Under the pieces are notes generated by a model. That model was not told the DNA's origin. It made no database searches and was given only the letters and a program-made list of their open reading frames with translations. The translations under genes and the position numbers were made by a program. A DNA stretch of 64,000 nt, from assembly GCA_038087875.1 (NCBI GenBank), contig JAXLNO010000324.1:1-64000 (forward strand). Direction: 5' to 3'. Source of the stretch: Malacoraja senta. Lineage: Eukaryota. Positions within the stretch are counted from its first letter, which is position 1. Each line of letters starts with the position of its first letter. Below, in pieces: positions 62,326 to 64,000 of this stretch.

Positions 62326-64000
62326 TCTACGTTACGTAGATACGGTTGCGGTAGGAGGGCATGAAGCTAAGTGGTCGAATCATATCTCTGGAATTAGAAG
62401 AGTCATTTGGGCTTTGGAGACCATAGTCCAAATCACTCACTGCTTGCTTGAGGCATGGGTGACTTGTTTCTTTTGTTTGTTCTCTTCTATTATGGCTGAT
62501 ATATTTTTGGAAAGATGTATATGTGCATTTCCTACCCTAATACCCTCAGGAGGTTGCAAAGTAAAATAATAGTCATTGCTTGGTCCAATTTAACATGAAG
62601 GATCTTTCCAATGGAAACAACAAAATAATACAAACGTGAGACAGAAAAGGCTAGAAATTGCGTTACCATACTTCAGTGAAATTAAAATAATATGGCAGAA
62701 TAGCTGAACAGACTTTGTGAAAATTACGTAAGGAGTGCAATGTTGAAGAATGCAATTAGCTAATAAATGCTGTTAGATTTACCTGTGTAATACTGTGCAG
62801 AAAGCGATGATGTTATTTTCCGCCTCATGTTTCGATTGATGTATTGCATGTTCTTATGGCTGTTGTCATTTAACCTCTCGGGTTCAATCTTTTCAGCCAG
62901 TTCTTAAAAAGACATACTGCATCATAAGCGACACTTTTCCAGCTACTGTTGCTACTGCATGAGTCGGAGGTGAGATGTAGGAAGTTGAGTACTCCTGAGG
63001 GCCAGGGTAACCAGGACAAACCCATGAAGATCAGTGCCCGAAAGAAAGTATGTTGTTTGTTCAGTCAATGTTATAACAATTCACCAGAGCAACAGCCAAG
63101 TGATCCTGGAAGACTATTGATGGCGAGGTCTCTGTAAGGACATGAGTGTAGTCTCTGATGTATACACTTTGTGGAAGCCTGAAATGATAACAAATGCCAA
63201 TGACTGTTCTCCTTGCTCAAGTGAGAGAAGGATTCACAGATGAAGTCTCCTCTCCTGGAGTAGGGAGTTTGAATGACCTCCTTAATACAGCATTGGGAAG
63301 AAAACTGTGAGAAGTCGTAGAGATCAGTGACAGGAGACTGAAATAGTCCAGAGGCTCAGAAATAGAATGTGACTGTGACAGCAAAGCAGTCCAAGAACAC
63401 ATGCGTGAGGCAGAGTTTGTGGCGGTTGGAGATCAGAGACAATCAACATATTTTGAGTGTTGGTCCTTCAAATATTGTGGTTTCAAGGAAACAAGGATCG
63501 TAAAAACACTTTGTCTGTGAGCAAACGATAATTGAAGACTTTTAGATGAGCAAAGTTAGAAATCTTACTATGGACAATTTTAGCATTTTGCCCCATTACA
63601 TTTTGGGGGATTTTATATCAGAAAAGAATAACTGAGGAAATGAAATTCTCAGCAAAAAAGTCGGAGGCTGGGTTTCCTGACTGGCACTATGTCACCCAGA
63701 AACATGTGCAGCATTGTTTTGCTGCATGTTAAACCAACTTCAACTGCACTTTCTTTGGATTTGCATGAACGATCACGATATTATCCATCAACATGATAGG
63801 ATGATTGCTCCTATAGTGGCATCATATCTGACTACAGTAACTGGGGTGGAAATGAACAAAATGTTTGGGATTCATTGATAAGATAGCTGATCTCAGATAG
63901 GCTGCTGTTGGACCAGGTAAAACATTTCTCCAGTGTCCTGATCATTAGAGCTGTTCCGTGTCTTTTATTGGGAACCACAAGCACTCGGTCCTCAAGTATC

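Noticed and set aside
63704..63731. Small hairpin tgcagca-ttgttt-tgctgca as a miRNA or RNA element
   Set aside because: Stem too short for a pre-miRNA; expected by chance.

Overview
Repeat-rich, AT-rich vertebrate DNA. The SINE, LINE and Penelope families point to a cartilaginous fish, most likely a skate or ray (inference). No intact host protein-coding gene is recognisable, so the window looks intergenic or like a very large intron, with several unique blocks that resemble conserved non-coding elements. Mobile content includes many tRNA-derived V-SINE (HE1-like) copies; CR1-, L2-, Rex/Babar-, L1- and Tx1-type LINE fragments; one near-complete but inactivated Tc1 DD34E element (35638-37254); five PIF/Harbinger-type MITEs; hAT- and pogo-like MITEs; and Penelope-like (PLE) remnants. 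Two observations stand out. First, the abundant ~100-250 bp 'CTGAAGAAGGGTYTCGRCCCGAAACGTY...' repeats each begin with a minimal type I hammerhead ribozyme motif, are tied to PLE RT/GIY-YIG remnants, and several sit alone between 10-17 bp target-site duplications. Second, a candidate 3.3 kb TIR element (23012-26275, 6 bp duplication CCACTG) carries a pseudogenised TDP2-like first exon with its splice donor. Coordinates were read by eye, and the boundaries of old repeats are approximate.
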